Below, in pieces: positions 27,797-42,786 of a DNA stretch of 64,000 bases. A model generated the notes under the pieces. It worked only from the letters and a program-made list of their open reading frames with translations. It ran no database searches and had not been told where the DNA came from. The stretch comes from Adineta vaga. Taxonomy: Eukaryota; Animalia; Rotifera. The stretch lies in contig CP075494.1 of NCBI GenBank assembly GCA_021613535.1, positions 12,338,001-12,402,000 of the forward strand, read 5' to 3'. A program made the position numbers and the translations under genes. Within the stretch, counting starts at the first letter, position 1, and every line of letters begins with the position of its first letter.

Positions 27797-30029
27797 ATGC
27801 GACGCGCAATAAAAGATAAATTAAGTGGGATCTTAGATGATTCTCAAGCTGGCGGTACAACACAATCATCTCAAACTAATGATGGACGACGTCAAATGAC
27901 AGATCGTGTAGTCGGATTTGTCAGAGAAAAAAGTGGTCAAATAGCATCAACAGTTCAAGAACATGTGTCATCAATGACAGATATGACAGGAGCACTAGCA
28001 AAACAGAAATTATTACAAACATTATTCTCGTCTGGTGTTGTTCAAAGTGAACATATTCGACATGCACTTCAAATTGGTATGTTTCTTTGCTAAAATGTAG
28101 GCGAATATATATCATATAAAATGAATTTTACTTTACTATATCAGTCAAAAGAAAAACAGAATGGAATTATTACAGTATCATTAATTTTACATTATAAGGA
28201 AAAAAAACGATTTTAGGTGTGACATATTGTGTATTCATACTGTAAATACCGAATATCCTTGACATACTTGAGTTAAACTATAAAAATAACGAATAAAATA
28301 CGATATTAAAAACATATTCGTATGATAAGACAAAGAAAGGTTTCTATCATCGAGAATGAAATACGATATAGTAACTTACAATAAGTCATACTAAAATTCA
28401 AAAGATCATTTCTTCGACTGACTTGTGTCTACCTCTCGAAGAAATGTTTCAATTTTCCATCTGCAAGTCTATTCTAACCACTGTATAATATAAATGTCGA
28501 CAGCTGTCGATTCGTTGACAGACTCTGTCTAGTTCTTGTCTCTAACATCAATTTATATTAAGAAAACAGTATCTATCTTCTACTTATACATTGCTATCTT
28601 TCTAGGAATCGGTTATTTTCTTGATCAACATTCTCACACTTCAGATCAGTCTAATGCATATACTCGACGAGAAAAATTTCCTACTAAAGGTGGGACAACA
28701 CCCTCTCATTCTATCCCTGACTTTGATATTGAAGCCTATGGACTTGATACCTTTAATGCTCTATTGACTTTGTATGGTATCAATTGTGAAACTTTACGAA
28801 GTCATATATGTACTGGTGAACTTAAAGAAATCGTTAATCCATCAAGTTCTGGTTCATTATTATATCTAACATCTGATTCTACCTATTTGGTCAAGACTGT
28901 TCGTGATTACGATGCAAGATTTATTCAACAAAAATTTCTTCAAGAATATTTTCATTATATTCAACAAACACCTGGAACATTTCTTGCAAAATTATTTGGT
29001 GTTTATGGTTATATACCATACATTTCTCAACAACGAGGTATTACTGTTGATTCATTTACATTACGTTTTGGAATATTTGCTAATATAATTCCAACAAATC
29101 TTGATATTCATGAAAAATATGATTTGAAAGGTTCATCTTATAAACGTGATGCAAATTTTAGTGAACGAATTAAATCATCTGCAACATTTAAAGATAATGA
29201 TTTTCGTGAAATACATCCACAAGGTTTAAAAATTCCCAAACAAATCTATCATCATTTAAAACAAATTCTTACAAGTGATTCTGAATTTCTTGAAAAACTC
29301 AATATTATGGATTATTCATTATTATTAAGTAAATACTATTAAAAAAACACATTTCTTTTCGATCAAAAATATGTTTTTATCTAATTGACTAGTTATTCAT
29401 AATATGGATAATCCAATTAAACCAACACGTAGTGGATCGTTTGAAGCATTAATGGGTTCAGTTCGTGATACACTTCTTTTGGGTATGACAGAACTACGTG
29501 CTAAAAATCAGACAAACTCACTGTATGAACCAAAAGAACGTTTACGGTTAAGACGACCCAATGAAACATTAGGATTCGTCTATGAAGAAATCCCAAAGTT
29601 TGATGTTGAATATGCGAAAGAATTTGGGTACATTTCATATTAAGATTTAACGAATATTAACTTATATAATATATGTCTAATTTCTAGAGGTATTCCGGCA
29701 ATTAATGGTAAAGGTGAACGTCTTCTTCTTTTTCTTGGTATTATCGATATTTTACAAACGTAAGTCATTCAACTAGTCCCTTTTCTTTTTTGCTTTATGT
29801 TCATCGAAATTTATGTAGATTTGATATTTGCAAAGTAATGCAACGACAATATCAAACAGTTGAAAATCGTGATGTTGTTGATGAACGTTCAATTGTTGAA
29901 GCTGATTTTTATGCGCGAAGATTCAAAGAATTTCTATTTGAACGTGTTTTTCATCCTGCTGATGAAGAAATCTCAACAGTAAATAAACAACATCGATCAT
30001 CACTCTATCCTGAAATACTCTCTTCCTAA
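27797..30029 (+). CDS. Phosphatidylinositol-phosphate kinase (PIP5K family), divergent
   Basis: SSSGSLLYLTSDSTYLVKT, FLAKLFG, YDLKGS, KDNDF, IMDYSLLL, LGIIDILQ and YARRF. Confidence 0.88.
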
Positions 30030-30680
30030 TCAGTAATTTCTCTTCTTCTTCTTCTTCTTTGTTATGAAATGAAAGATGAATAAATCTTATATTGATCACA
30101 TTGATCTGATATTATTGAATTAAATGATAAAACGAAAAATACGTAAACAAAACAAAATACATTAGAGATGATTTGATTTCCTTTTTTTTCTACACAACAA
30201 AAAACTCCGAAGAAAAAAATGAGTTGTACTCATAGAAGACAATCATATAAATAACAATATTCGAAGACAAAGAAAGAAACAGACGTGATTAAGGAAGAAT
30301 GGCTCATCAAATTATATATATATATATATAGGTGTGTATATACACTGTTCTATTTGAATACTGGCTCCGTCATTTTTTGATCTATTATGTACTGCGTGCG
30401 TAGAAAATAACTAAGGGAAAACAAACTGTCACTGATTATTCACAACGGGGAGTGAAGACATTGAAATTTATCAGCTCACAAAAAACGAGAATACACAAAA
30501 AGAAAAGAAAAATATGTATGAATAATGTTGAGTATGTATGTGTGTCTTTTTTGTTTCTATTTATTGCACGCCATGAACAACTTATTCTTCTGAATGAGGT
30601 ATTTTTGTACATGAACAATATCCTGGGAACGGGAAAGGAATGCAAAAATTGTGTGGCAAGATTGAGTATTTGATTATGAA

Positions 30681-33600
30681 TTAAAATTGTGCTTCGATAT
30701 GAGGTCGAGTATGATATTGAAGAGGTGTTGATGGAGATCGCACCAGTGCTCGTTTACCTGGCATTTTACTTAATGATTTACATAACATGGCAAAATCAGG
30801 TCGATCATCAGGTACAAATGACCAACATTGATTAATTATATCCTAGATGGAAGAAAAAAAAACAAATTAAACTATTCTCTGCCAAGAATCAATTTTTAGA
30901 CATAATTCTCCATTGCAATCACTTCGATTTTTGTATACTCAATGAAAACTATCAATCTAACATTATACGACTTTAACCTTGGTTATCATTTCGTCAATAA
31001 CATCAATGAATACGTACTTTAGCATATTTACTTATATGCACGCTACTTAATGGTTGTTTGAGTGAGTTTCCTGCTCGCCAAATAATATATTCCGGTGGTT
31101 GTTTAGCATATGGAAATTCTCGAAATAACAGTTCATACCAAACAGTACTAGAAATTTATTCGTAGTAAAAAAAACAAACGAACTATCATTCATTTGTAAA
31201 ATCTTACCCAAATGCATAAACATCAGTTTGCGGTGTATATTGTGAAAATGATTGTTCATCACGTGGATCAAGTTTTCGTATGATTTCTGGTGCTAAATAA
31301 CTTAACCACCCACGTGGTGCAATAATTGTTGGTTGATTATTAATTCGATAACATTTACTTAATGGTACGAGACCATAATCAGTTAAAATAATTCGAGTAT
31401 TTTGTACGAAAATATTTGTTGTTCGTAGAGACATATGATTGATAGATTTTTCATGTAAATAACTCATTGCTTGAGCGATTTGTGCAGCATATTGAGCAGC
31501 TAGACTCAATGGGATGGAATCATTACGAATATGTATCATCTCAAAAAGATTAGGACCACGAATCCAACTAGAAAGATTGATGTGTTTTATTGAATTAGAA
31601 AGATTCGAAGAAAAAAAAATAGAAGACATACTTTGAAACAATGGCAAGATGTGGACTTTCAACTAAAGTAAGATGTCATTCTAATAAAAACAAATGATCA
31701 AAATAGAGACTTACTGCAAACACCAGTGTATAGATTTAAATGTTCATGTCGAACTTTCCGTAATCGGAATACCTATGAAATGAAATGAAATGCTTAACAT
31801 TCGTGTAATGTAACTTGATTTGTCATACTTGATTTTTAAATTGATTTAGAAACTCAACTTGATTAGTCTTCACACTAGGCTGAATCATTCTCACTGCAAT
31901 TTCACCATGCCAATGTGCTCTGTAAACAAAAAACGAATATTGTTCTTTATTTCTCGAATCAAACTAAATTAATCGTACTTCATTAATGTTCCAGATGAAC
32001 GTGGCAATTCTTCGATTATTTTTATATTATTATATACAATAACCCAATCTTGTATTGAAGTCGCAAGCTAGAAAGAAGAATTTTTGTTTTAAAAATCAAT
32101 CGAATAATTCGAAAGACATAATTACATTAGCACTTCGTTTTTCTGGATCTGCTTCATCATCATCGAATGAATTAATATCAAATAATTTTGATTTGACAAG
32201 ATCTTCGCGTCGAGGATGTAATAATGGTTCACTCTTTAATAAAAAGAAATTCTCAATTAGTTAGAAGTACGCTATGGAAAAGAAGGACATTACTTGAGAT
32301 GGTTGACGTACAAGTTTACTTGATGTTGTTGTTGCAGTTGAATCGATCAAATTTGTTCCTGTTTCTGTTTGAATTGTTGAACTAAACAATCGATTTTCAG
32401 TTAAAAAATAATTCTTTCATATAGAAATATACTTCGTATCACTATCTGATTGTGATTCAGGAATTTCTAAACGAAAGAACAATGTGATTAAATGATCTTG
32501 GTAAAAGAAAACCATTCCTAACAATTCACCACATCAAAAGCTTAGTAATTACATGCATATTTGTTCTGTATGTATGTTTTTTTTCTATACGAACAAATGT
32601 TTTGACAACATAGATATTAAAAACAACATTCCCTTCCCAAAATTCATATGATTTGTTTTTTTTCTTTTAAAACACCTACCTGGTGTCGATTTAGGAGTCG
32701 TTTCGATAACGACCCAACTATCTGGATCATTTTGAGCTAAAGAAGAAAGAATTACAATTCACACGCCCGAATCGATCAAACTCAATCGAAATATTGAATG
32801 TTTTCATTCATTTAGATCAAGCCATTTTACAATCGAAAAAAAGAAAGACGCCGAGCTGACTGATCATTTATACGTACTGGAATAAATCGATTCACGAACA
32901 GAAATGGATGGATTAAAATGATATCCAGGCATTTGAGTATGCAAAGCAGGAGAACCTGGCACAGATGCTGATGCTGACTGTGTCGGACTCGAATTGTCCC
33001 ATGCTAAATTTATCAAAAACGAATTCAATATTCGTCTTTTAGAAATATATAAATACATACCTGAAAAAGGATATTTTCGTGATAATGGACTGGAATTTGC
33101 TGTAAAAGAAATATAAAATATATGAATGAATGAATGAATCATAGTATTGAATCTATTACCAAGTGCAATTTGAATATCCGTATTGTCAATAACTCGTCTC
33201 AGTTTCACTTCACTAAAGCCACAATTTGGTGGAGCATTTGGTATACATTCTTTGTGACATTTGTATCTTTTAGAAAAGAAAACAAGAGATTAGTATCGAA
33301 TTTTCAAGACAAAAATGAATACAGAGTTAAAAGAGAAAGAAAGAAATCATGCGAGATTTATTGATGTTTGTTCTATGTCGATTTTTATTGCAAATTGCAA
33401 GCTGCATTCTCTAGTGTCTTACTTGCAATGAAGACATGCTTTTCCTCGAAACACCTGTCTCCTACAGACGTCACAAAAGGAAAATTTGAATACACGTGTC
33501 CTGTCAAACCTAGAAAAACGAATATACATAGATAGAAATAGTTTATTGTTTTTCTTCATTTGTTGCAATCAGAAGAGCGCATGCGAGCGCGCATATTTAA

Positions 33601-36065
33601 AGCAAAGAAGATGATGCTATTCGAAGGTCATCGAAAAGCGAAAAAGAAAGAGAGAGAGAGGAATAGAGATGTATATCCTTGATAAACAAGATACAAATAC
33701 CATTATTCTTACTTGCAAAGATTGCACTTGGTACCGAGAAAGAAGATCTTTTTTGAACACACATTACATGTTGATAATTTTATGAGATTACTCCACCTGA
33801 GAAAAAGAAATGATCGTTGCTGTCATTAAGTTTTAAGGACATGAATAAAAAACCACCAAACTGAACAACATCGAATAATTAGACAATGATTATCCTCTAG
33901 AAGGAATAGTTGTACCACAAAGAAGCAGAAGAAGAACACCAGAAAATGATAGAGATATATTAGATTAAAGATTGAAAGCAAAAGCGTGAGTACAAGCTAA
34001 ACATCAAACAATTGAGTACGAACTTGTGTTGAATTTTATGTGCAATACGATGTCCAAGAAATGATAGAGGAGCATTATAGATATGAGCATCTAAGAAAGG
34101 AATTAAGAATAAAATAACCAAACAAAAATTGAACCGTTACCTGGTACTCGTGTATCGTTTTCTGCATCACTGTTCTGGGCAGATCCAAACGGTGAACCTG
34201 ACATAGTTGGTGAACGAACTGTTGGTGATTTTGGTGTTGCTGAACCTAAAAATAGTATCATAGTAAAGAACAATTGCATGTAAATATAAGACATATGTCA
34301 ATCAAACAATCAGTCAGTCAGTCAATCAATCATTAGCAGTAGCAGCATATTACAGTCAACCATAACCTAGCAGAGCAATTCATTATACAAATCTAACCAT
34401 CTTTCGAAGTCGATTTATTCCATCGAAATTTCTTCGTTGGTATCAATGGAGATTTATTTTCATCGATTGATGAATTCGTCTGTGGAGAAATCTCCGTCGA
34501 ATTCTCTTGTTTGTTCACAGATGTTGGTGATGAATTAGAATGCGAAGGACTTTTATATGGTACTATAGCAATCTTACGCATAACCAATTGGTCCGAATGA
34601 TTGATTATTTCGTTCTCAAGACTGTGCTCAAATTCTATGGAAATAAAAGATAAATCTGTAATATCACATGACGTCTCTAAATATTCTTCATGCATATGAA
34701 ATTTTCTTCCAATAAGAATCAATGTTGTTGAATCATCGAATTTATCTTTTGATTTTACTTACCAGAAGCTAGACGACCTTCGGAATCGGAACCATATGAA
34801 CTTCGACGAGATGAACTATCATCCGTAGGTAGTTGTAGATCTATATTTCGAGAAAGATTTAATCTAAAAAAGAAACCAGCCGAAATTAAGAGAGATAGTT
34901 TGTGATTAAACAATTGATATTCACATACGTATTAAAGTTTGATGGATCGATTGAACTTTTCTTACTTGGATGTTCACATCTGCCTTTTCCATTGACAGAT
35001 AAATGATTCAAACGTGATGGAGGCGGTGTATGAGAGACTAGAATATTCAAACTATCAAATGATTTCTTTTTTAGTAAGTTATATTTACCATTGTTTCGTC
35101 GTGTATGTGGTGAAGATGATATTGGCATTTGATTGTGATTATGATGTTGAGTATTATTTGGATTTGTGAATTCTGTTGAAATTGAGGAAGACACAGATGT
35201 TGATCTTACTGGTTCAGTATTTTGTGGAGTTGGAAGAGCTAAATATTCATAGACAAAAAAACAAAATGAAATTTTCAATAAAATTTGCTTGTTTCTTTAC
35301 CTGTATCTGACAAACGATGTTGGCGAATAGTTGGTGTTGTTGGCATTTCTTTATGCCAATAGAAGCGTCCATTATCATTTGTACCACCATGAGAAAAATA
35401 ATCTGTACGAATAAGACATCAAATAAGGAATAGTTTCAAGTAAATTACTTACCAATACAATCTTTCAATGCATTGAGAGCATTACGAAAATCTGTTCGTT
35501 CCGTCTCTATTGTGCCGGCATCATATAAAATTTGTTCACGTACTGTTACTTTGCTATTCAGTAAACCATCAAATGTAATTCGTTGTGCAATATACTAAAG
35601 AAGAAATTCATCAAATAAATAAAACTTTCATGAATGTATTTATTTACTTCGATTGATTTTTTATTAAAATTTAGAACAGATAGGAAGCGATCAAGTTTCG
35701 AATATTCACTATGAAATCCACCATTTTGACCATTCGAATTTTGTCTTTGTAATACCATTAACTGACGAGCAAAGAAACCAATAACACGACTCTAGAATTC
35801 AAAGAAAAAATAAAGTATAAATAAAGAATCGTTTTAATTAGAATCTTACTTCATTATTACGCATTAATTCATATTTTAATGAAAGATCAGACATGGTTTC
35901 ACTATTAAATATTGTCAATTGATCAATAGCATGTGTCAGACCATCGTCTAAATATCGTAAATCTTGTGATACTATTCGACTATATTCAGGTATCGTTGTC
36001 GGCGGAGGAGATAATGGTACAACATCATCGGCATCTCCAGTGCCGAGGATCTCATCAGAACTCAT
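30681..36065 (-). CDS. KSR: Kinase suppressor of Ras (KSR)-like: CA1/SAM-like region, Pro-rich region, C1 domain, TKL pseudokinase
   Basis: HWHGEIAVR, FRLRKVRHEHLNLYTG, AQAMSYLH, TDYG, PRGWLSYLAPEII, DVYAFGTVWYEL, CWSFVPDDRPDF and C-terminal LVRSPSTP; C1 cysteine pattern at 33.2-34.0 kb; SHTPPP motif. Confidence 0.85.
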
Positions 36066-36901
36066 TCTTTGTTCTAAAATAAAAGAAATAATATTGAGAA
36101 AATAGTCGTGAAAATCAATTGAAATACGAGAGATGAGACAGTGTGACGAGTGTCATGATCATGAGTAGTAAAACGTAAACAGAACAGTAATCAACAACAT
36201 CAAAAGGATTGGTTAATAATAAGACATGAGGGAAGATTTCTGGTACGACATCTATCTTAAATACTTATTCGTTCGTTTACTTTATACTGATATTGGAAGA
36301 AATGAAACGAAGATCGAATTCGTAATGAACCTGATGGTAAGAAATAGAATTCCTAGTTTTTCCATTGAATTCTATTTATAGAGGCATCCGTTAATCTTTT
36401 ATTAGTGTAGTTAGTACACCAATAAAAATCAGATGTTAATTGTGTTATTTGTTTTGGGTACATATAAATCAGAATTCATATAATTTCCAAATATGGAAAT
36501 TAATTCCCTTCAGAAAAATTTCGCAAAAAAATCAATAACAACTGATCTATTGAATCACAATGAACAGCTGAGAAAGAATAGATTGCTTGGTGAAGAATCT
36601 CATGAAATAATTATGTTTGGCAAAGACAACTTCAAAATTTTCAATAGTACAAATGCATTGCTTCTATTTTATATACGAACGATACTTTAGAATCATGTGC
36701 TTGACATAATAGAACTTATTCTGCCAAATGATTTAGATAGATACATAGATATTTTACTAATAACTGCAATATATAATACGTTTTATTTGTACAAATAATT
36801 CAAAGAAGAAAGTCATGTTTATAAATCATCGGTTATTGACTAAATCTTCGTACATAGAATAGGTATAACATATACATAACATCATGTTTGTTTTCTTTCT
36901 A

Positions 36902-38456
<1,555 letters not shown>

Positions 38457-40530
38457 TGAATTTTAGCGACGTTTCAACTGAATATAAAAAGAAAAATATA
38501 GTTTATTTAATTGATTAATCAATCCCTATGACGTAGTGTTTTGTTGCTTGCATTTGCATGCATACATCTCAGGAAATGATGAAGTTTCTCACACGTTTTA
38601 GAACTGAAGACGACAATGATGGGAACGAAATTTCCTTCCTCTCTTCCTTCCGTCATCATTGTTAGAAGAAAAACTGTAATAGCTGATGTTGTTCTATGTA
38701 AGTACGCACTATTAGAAAATACTTGAACGATTCTCACTTGTCATAGAACAAGATACAGTAGTATAACTAATTGAAATAGAAAAATGTACCGTGAGCTAAG
38801 AAGAAAAGCTATGACGTCAATATAAATCGGTGGTTAAATACAGTTCAGAAGTCGTCTCTTTTTTCTATTCGAACAATTTCGAAGCAAAAAGAAAAATCTC
38901 TAACACCCTAATCTATGTCTCTTCTTTAAGTATTCAACAGAAAAGAAAGCATCAAAAATAAACTTATTCTTCTCTCTCAGGCAAGCAGAGAAAAAGAATT
39001 GGTCAAAGTGCATGATCTGAATTTTCTACGCATTGACTTTTATGTACACTGGAATTCGTCTAACGCCACGATGTCGCTTGAAGGAAGATGTAAAGAAAAA
39101 AAATTCTCTTTTTTTGTGCACTTAAATACTCTCAGTTCTGCTATACATTAATGCCATAAGTTACCTGTTCTCTATTTTTCTATACAAATGTCTGTATGAA
39201 ATCAGAAGAGACTATAAGTTTTTGTCCTTTGTGTGTTGACTCAATAGAGAATAACATTATGAGCATGTAATTTTAAAAGATTTTTTTGTTTTTCTATACT
39301 GTTTATCTGACTTTCTTAACATTCTCGAACGTTAACTAAGTTCACTGTCTATGGAAAGATTGTTGTTTCTTTGTTGACTTTATGAGCAAAAATTTTCATT
39401 CTCAATTTTGCTTTTAATGAAGAAAACAAAATCAATAAAAAGAAATAAAAAGAACCACCTTTTCTCACATACAAACTAAATCGACAATAGTTGATGTAAC
39501 CATATTCGAAGTGTTGTTTTTTCTGTCAATTTGAATAAATAAAGGAGAAAAATTTACTTTTGTAGAAAATAAAGAAGAGAACAGAAATTCTTCAAATGTT
39601 TACGATCGATGATGACAATGCGAAATACAAAAATAAGAAGCACTAGTTTTATATTTTGCATCACATATTAAAAAAAAAACGCATTACTTAATAGAAGATA
39701 TACAATTTGTTTTCAGAAGAAAAATATTGATTTTTCTTTTACATCAGTACTATGATGAGAACAAAATTGAACGGAATTTTCAGTTTTTTCTTCTTCTAAA
39801 GAAAATGAACGGAAAGAAAAAGAAAAACAACGATCGATCGATCGATCGGACATGAAAAACTGCTTATCTTTCATTTCAATAATTTTCTAGATTTGATTGA
39901 ATTATATGTATTCAAAACATAATTAACAAAATTTTGTTCTATATTCGTAAAAATAGTTCAGCATTTGTCAATCAAATTATCGATAACTTTGAGTAGAACT
40001 TAAGAAATATAAGTGAATTCCTTCATAATTTCAGCTTTCAAAGCTATTATGCTCTATTAAATATAAAGTACTGGTACTTGAAATACATTTTTATAATGTC
40101 TTATGAGATACGTGTGACACCATATGTCGATATTTATTACTCTTCTTAATACATCTTTTGATCAAATGCTTTGCAATAAATATTGTTACTTTAAATAACA
40201 AATAAACTGCGATGAATTATTCTTTTCGAATCCAGTATATTCTAAATTTAACAAACTATTCAAGCAAATTTGTGAGAAAATCATTGTTTAAACTAAATAG
40301 ACTACTTTGGTCCTGAAGCTTCAGAATCTATATCGGTTTAAAAAAGATTTTCTTTGTATGAAAAAATCTTCTCTTTCGCGTTTATTTGAATAGTTATCGC
40401 ATTTGTTCTAAATCCTACAGTTTTCTTCTTTTATAACACTTATGTCAACATCAAAATCTTTTCACATAGAATAAAACCATGTTTTTTCTCGAAAATGTTT
40501 TCTTTCTCTTCTACTTGAATTCAATTAGAT

Positions 40531-41766
40531 GTGTATACTTCTTCTCTTCATTACACCTCGATAAATCTGAATCATTCACATAATGTACATCCAACTAAAG
40601 CAATCAAAATATACCAAATATTTCCTAGAATGATTTGCAATATCACTTGTCTAAATGATGGTATATGTTCATTCAATGATACATGTTTATGTCCGCCTTG
40701 TTATATAGGTACATCATGCGATATCAGTGTTAATGTAATTAAATTCTCTCTAACTTACGCAATGTATTATGATAGTCAAAATAACGGAATAAATTCGTAT
40801 TTCAATTCCATTACATTTTCTTATACAATCATTATTGCTTTGATGTTACTAATTTCTATTTTAAATAATCTCGCATGTTTACAAACTTTCTTTTTACATG
40901 ATATTCGTTCAACTAATTGTGGTATATTTCAAATATTATATTGTTTAACTGGTTTAATAACATTAATTGGTATGCAATTACGAATGTTAACAATGTTAGA
41001 ATTCGATCGATTAACACAAGCATATTCATATCGATATATAGCATGTAATATTATTCCTGTTCTAATTATTGCGACGGGAGATACTTGCATGTGGTTGAGT
41101 GCATTATTAGCAATTGAATTTGTTCTTTTAGAACGTTTTAATTGGAATCTATATCGAACTCGACGATTTTCTGTTATATCGTCGTTGATTTGTTTGATAA
41201 TCATTGCTAGTTCACATCTCCATGAAATTATTGCCCGAAGACCATTGCCTGATGTACAAGATCCAAGTGCTTATTCTTGTACATTTATTTATCCATTACC
41301 GATCGATATTTTCGATAAAATTCTTCGTACAAGTCATATTATCATTCCATGTATGATTCATTTTTTTACTAGTTTGTGTATTTTTAGTAGTATGACACGA
41401 CGAATTTTACTTCTCTATAGTCGTGAAGATTATTTTCAAGTATTTATTACTGAATGTATTCGACGAAAACATTTCTTTATTCCACCCTTTGTTATCATTT
41501 TATTCAATCTTCCACATTTAATTCTTCATCTAAAAGATGCTTGTGAAGATGCTCGTGATACATTTTTACTACGTATGCATATTTCATTCAATATTTTCGT
41601 CTATTTCCCATCAACGATTACATTTTTTATCTATATATATCCATCGAAAAGTTATATGCATCAGTTCAAAAAAACATTCATTGGCCATTGGTTTAAACGT
41701 ATTTTTCATCTAGAAAATCAAAAAAAAATACGAAAAAGAATGATTTCTAATGATTCATCTGTGTAA
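40531..41766 (+). CDS. EGF-like domain plus rhodopsin-like 7TM receptor, single long exon (true start uncertain, possibly ATG ~40630 or an upstream exon)
   Basis: CNITCLNDGICSFNDTCLCPPCYIGTSC (EGF) followed by about 7 hydrophobic segments, with WLSALLAIE in TM3 and FFIYIYPSKSY in TM7. Confidence 0.75.
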   Translation: MYTSSLHYTSINLNHSHNVHPTKAIKIYQIFPRMICNITCLNDGICSFNDTCLCPPCYIGTSCDISVNVIKFSLTYAMYYDSQNNGINSYFNSITFSYTIIIALMLLISILNNLACLQTFFLHDIRSTNCGIFQILYCLTGLITLIGMQLRMLTMLEFDRLTQAYSYRYIACNIIPVLIIATGDTCMWLSALLAIEFVLLERFNWNLYRTRRFSVISSLICLIIIASSHLHEIIARRPLPDVQDPSAYSCTFIYPLPIDIFDKILRTSHIIIPCMIHFFTSLCIFSSMTRRILLLYSREDYFQVFITECIRRKHFFIPPFVIILFNLPHLILHLKDACEDARDTFLLRMHISFNIFVYFPSTITFFIYIYPSKSYMHQFKKTFIGHWFKRIFHLENQKKIRKRMISNDSSV

Positions 41767-42786
41767 AAAGAAAGCTCTCGTAGATGTTATTTTCTTTTCA
41801 AAAATAAAATTGAACTAGAATTACAAAGAAAGAATCTGGTACTTTGTTATACGGCCAAAGTTCTTTTCCTGGTAGGATATGAATCTAATGAATAGAAGTC
41901 TTTCAAAGTAGTAAAGACAAAGTATCATGCTGTTGTTAATGAATAGGTTTTTAAAACTAGCTCTTTCGAATAGTTGTAATCAAGAAAAATATATCTTCGA
42001 ATTGTACTTTGCATTTAGAAAGGTGAAGATTCTCCGAAATGATTCATTTATAAATAATTACATTTAATAATATACGGGTATATTTCTTTCTTCTATCGGT
42101 TAAGATCTATTAGTATTTGTTATTTCTTTTCCTTTTTCTTACTCGTCAAATGCATTCACATATAGTAGAATCATAAGAAACTTCAGTTAAATGAGATTTT
42201 GTTCTCAAATGACTATGACGTTTAGTTTTCATCAGAGAGTAGTTATTTTTTTTGACAGTTCATTAGAATATATTCGAAGGAAATCATCTTGAATTGATTC
42301 ATTAGTTAACTTGTCGAGCAAGAAAGAAGAAAAGGTAAAGAACTTCATATAATCATAAGAGATAAAAAAAAAAAGACGACACATTATAGAAAACTATTAA
42401 TCATGCATTCTTTTTCTTACTTCATCTTCATATATCAAGTATATATATATATATATTCTAAGCTTAAACAAAGAGACATAGAATGTAATTTGATGCACAA
42501 TTATATGTAAGAGAGACGATAATACAATATAATAATGAGTTTAATAAGAAAATATTCTTATTCATCTGTTCGACAACATCAATAATAGCAACAACAATAA
42601 TATAGAAATAACATCGCATCTATTTCTCTTTTTCTAATATATCGTATATTGAGTTCGTTTATTATTTTCTTTCCGTTTAATTAATTTTCTTCTGATACCT
42701 ATAGAAAAGATCGTTTCTAACATATTCTTTTTATGATTGACAATTCTTTAATATAGAACAAAAGAAGAAGAAGAAGAAAAAAACAA

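Noticed and set aside
40929-41204. Antisense ORF inside the 7TM gene, and similar antisense ORFs within other genes
   Set aside because: Shadow frames of real coding sequence.
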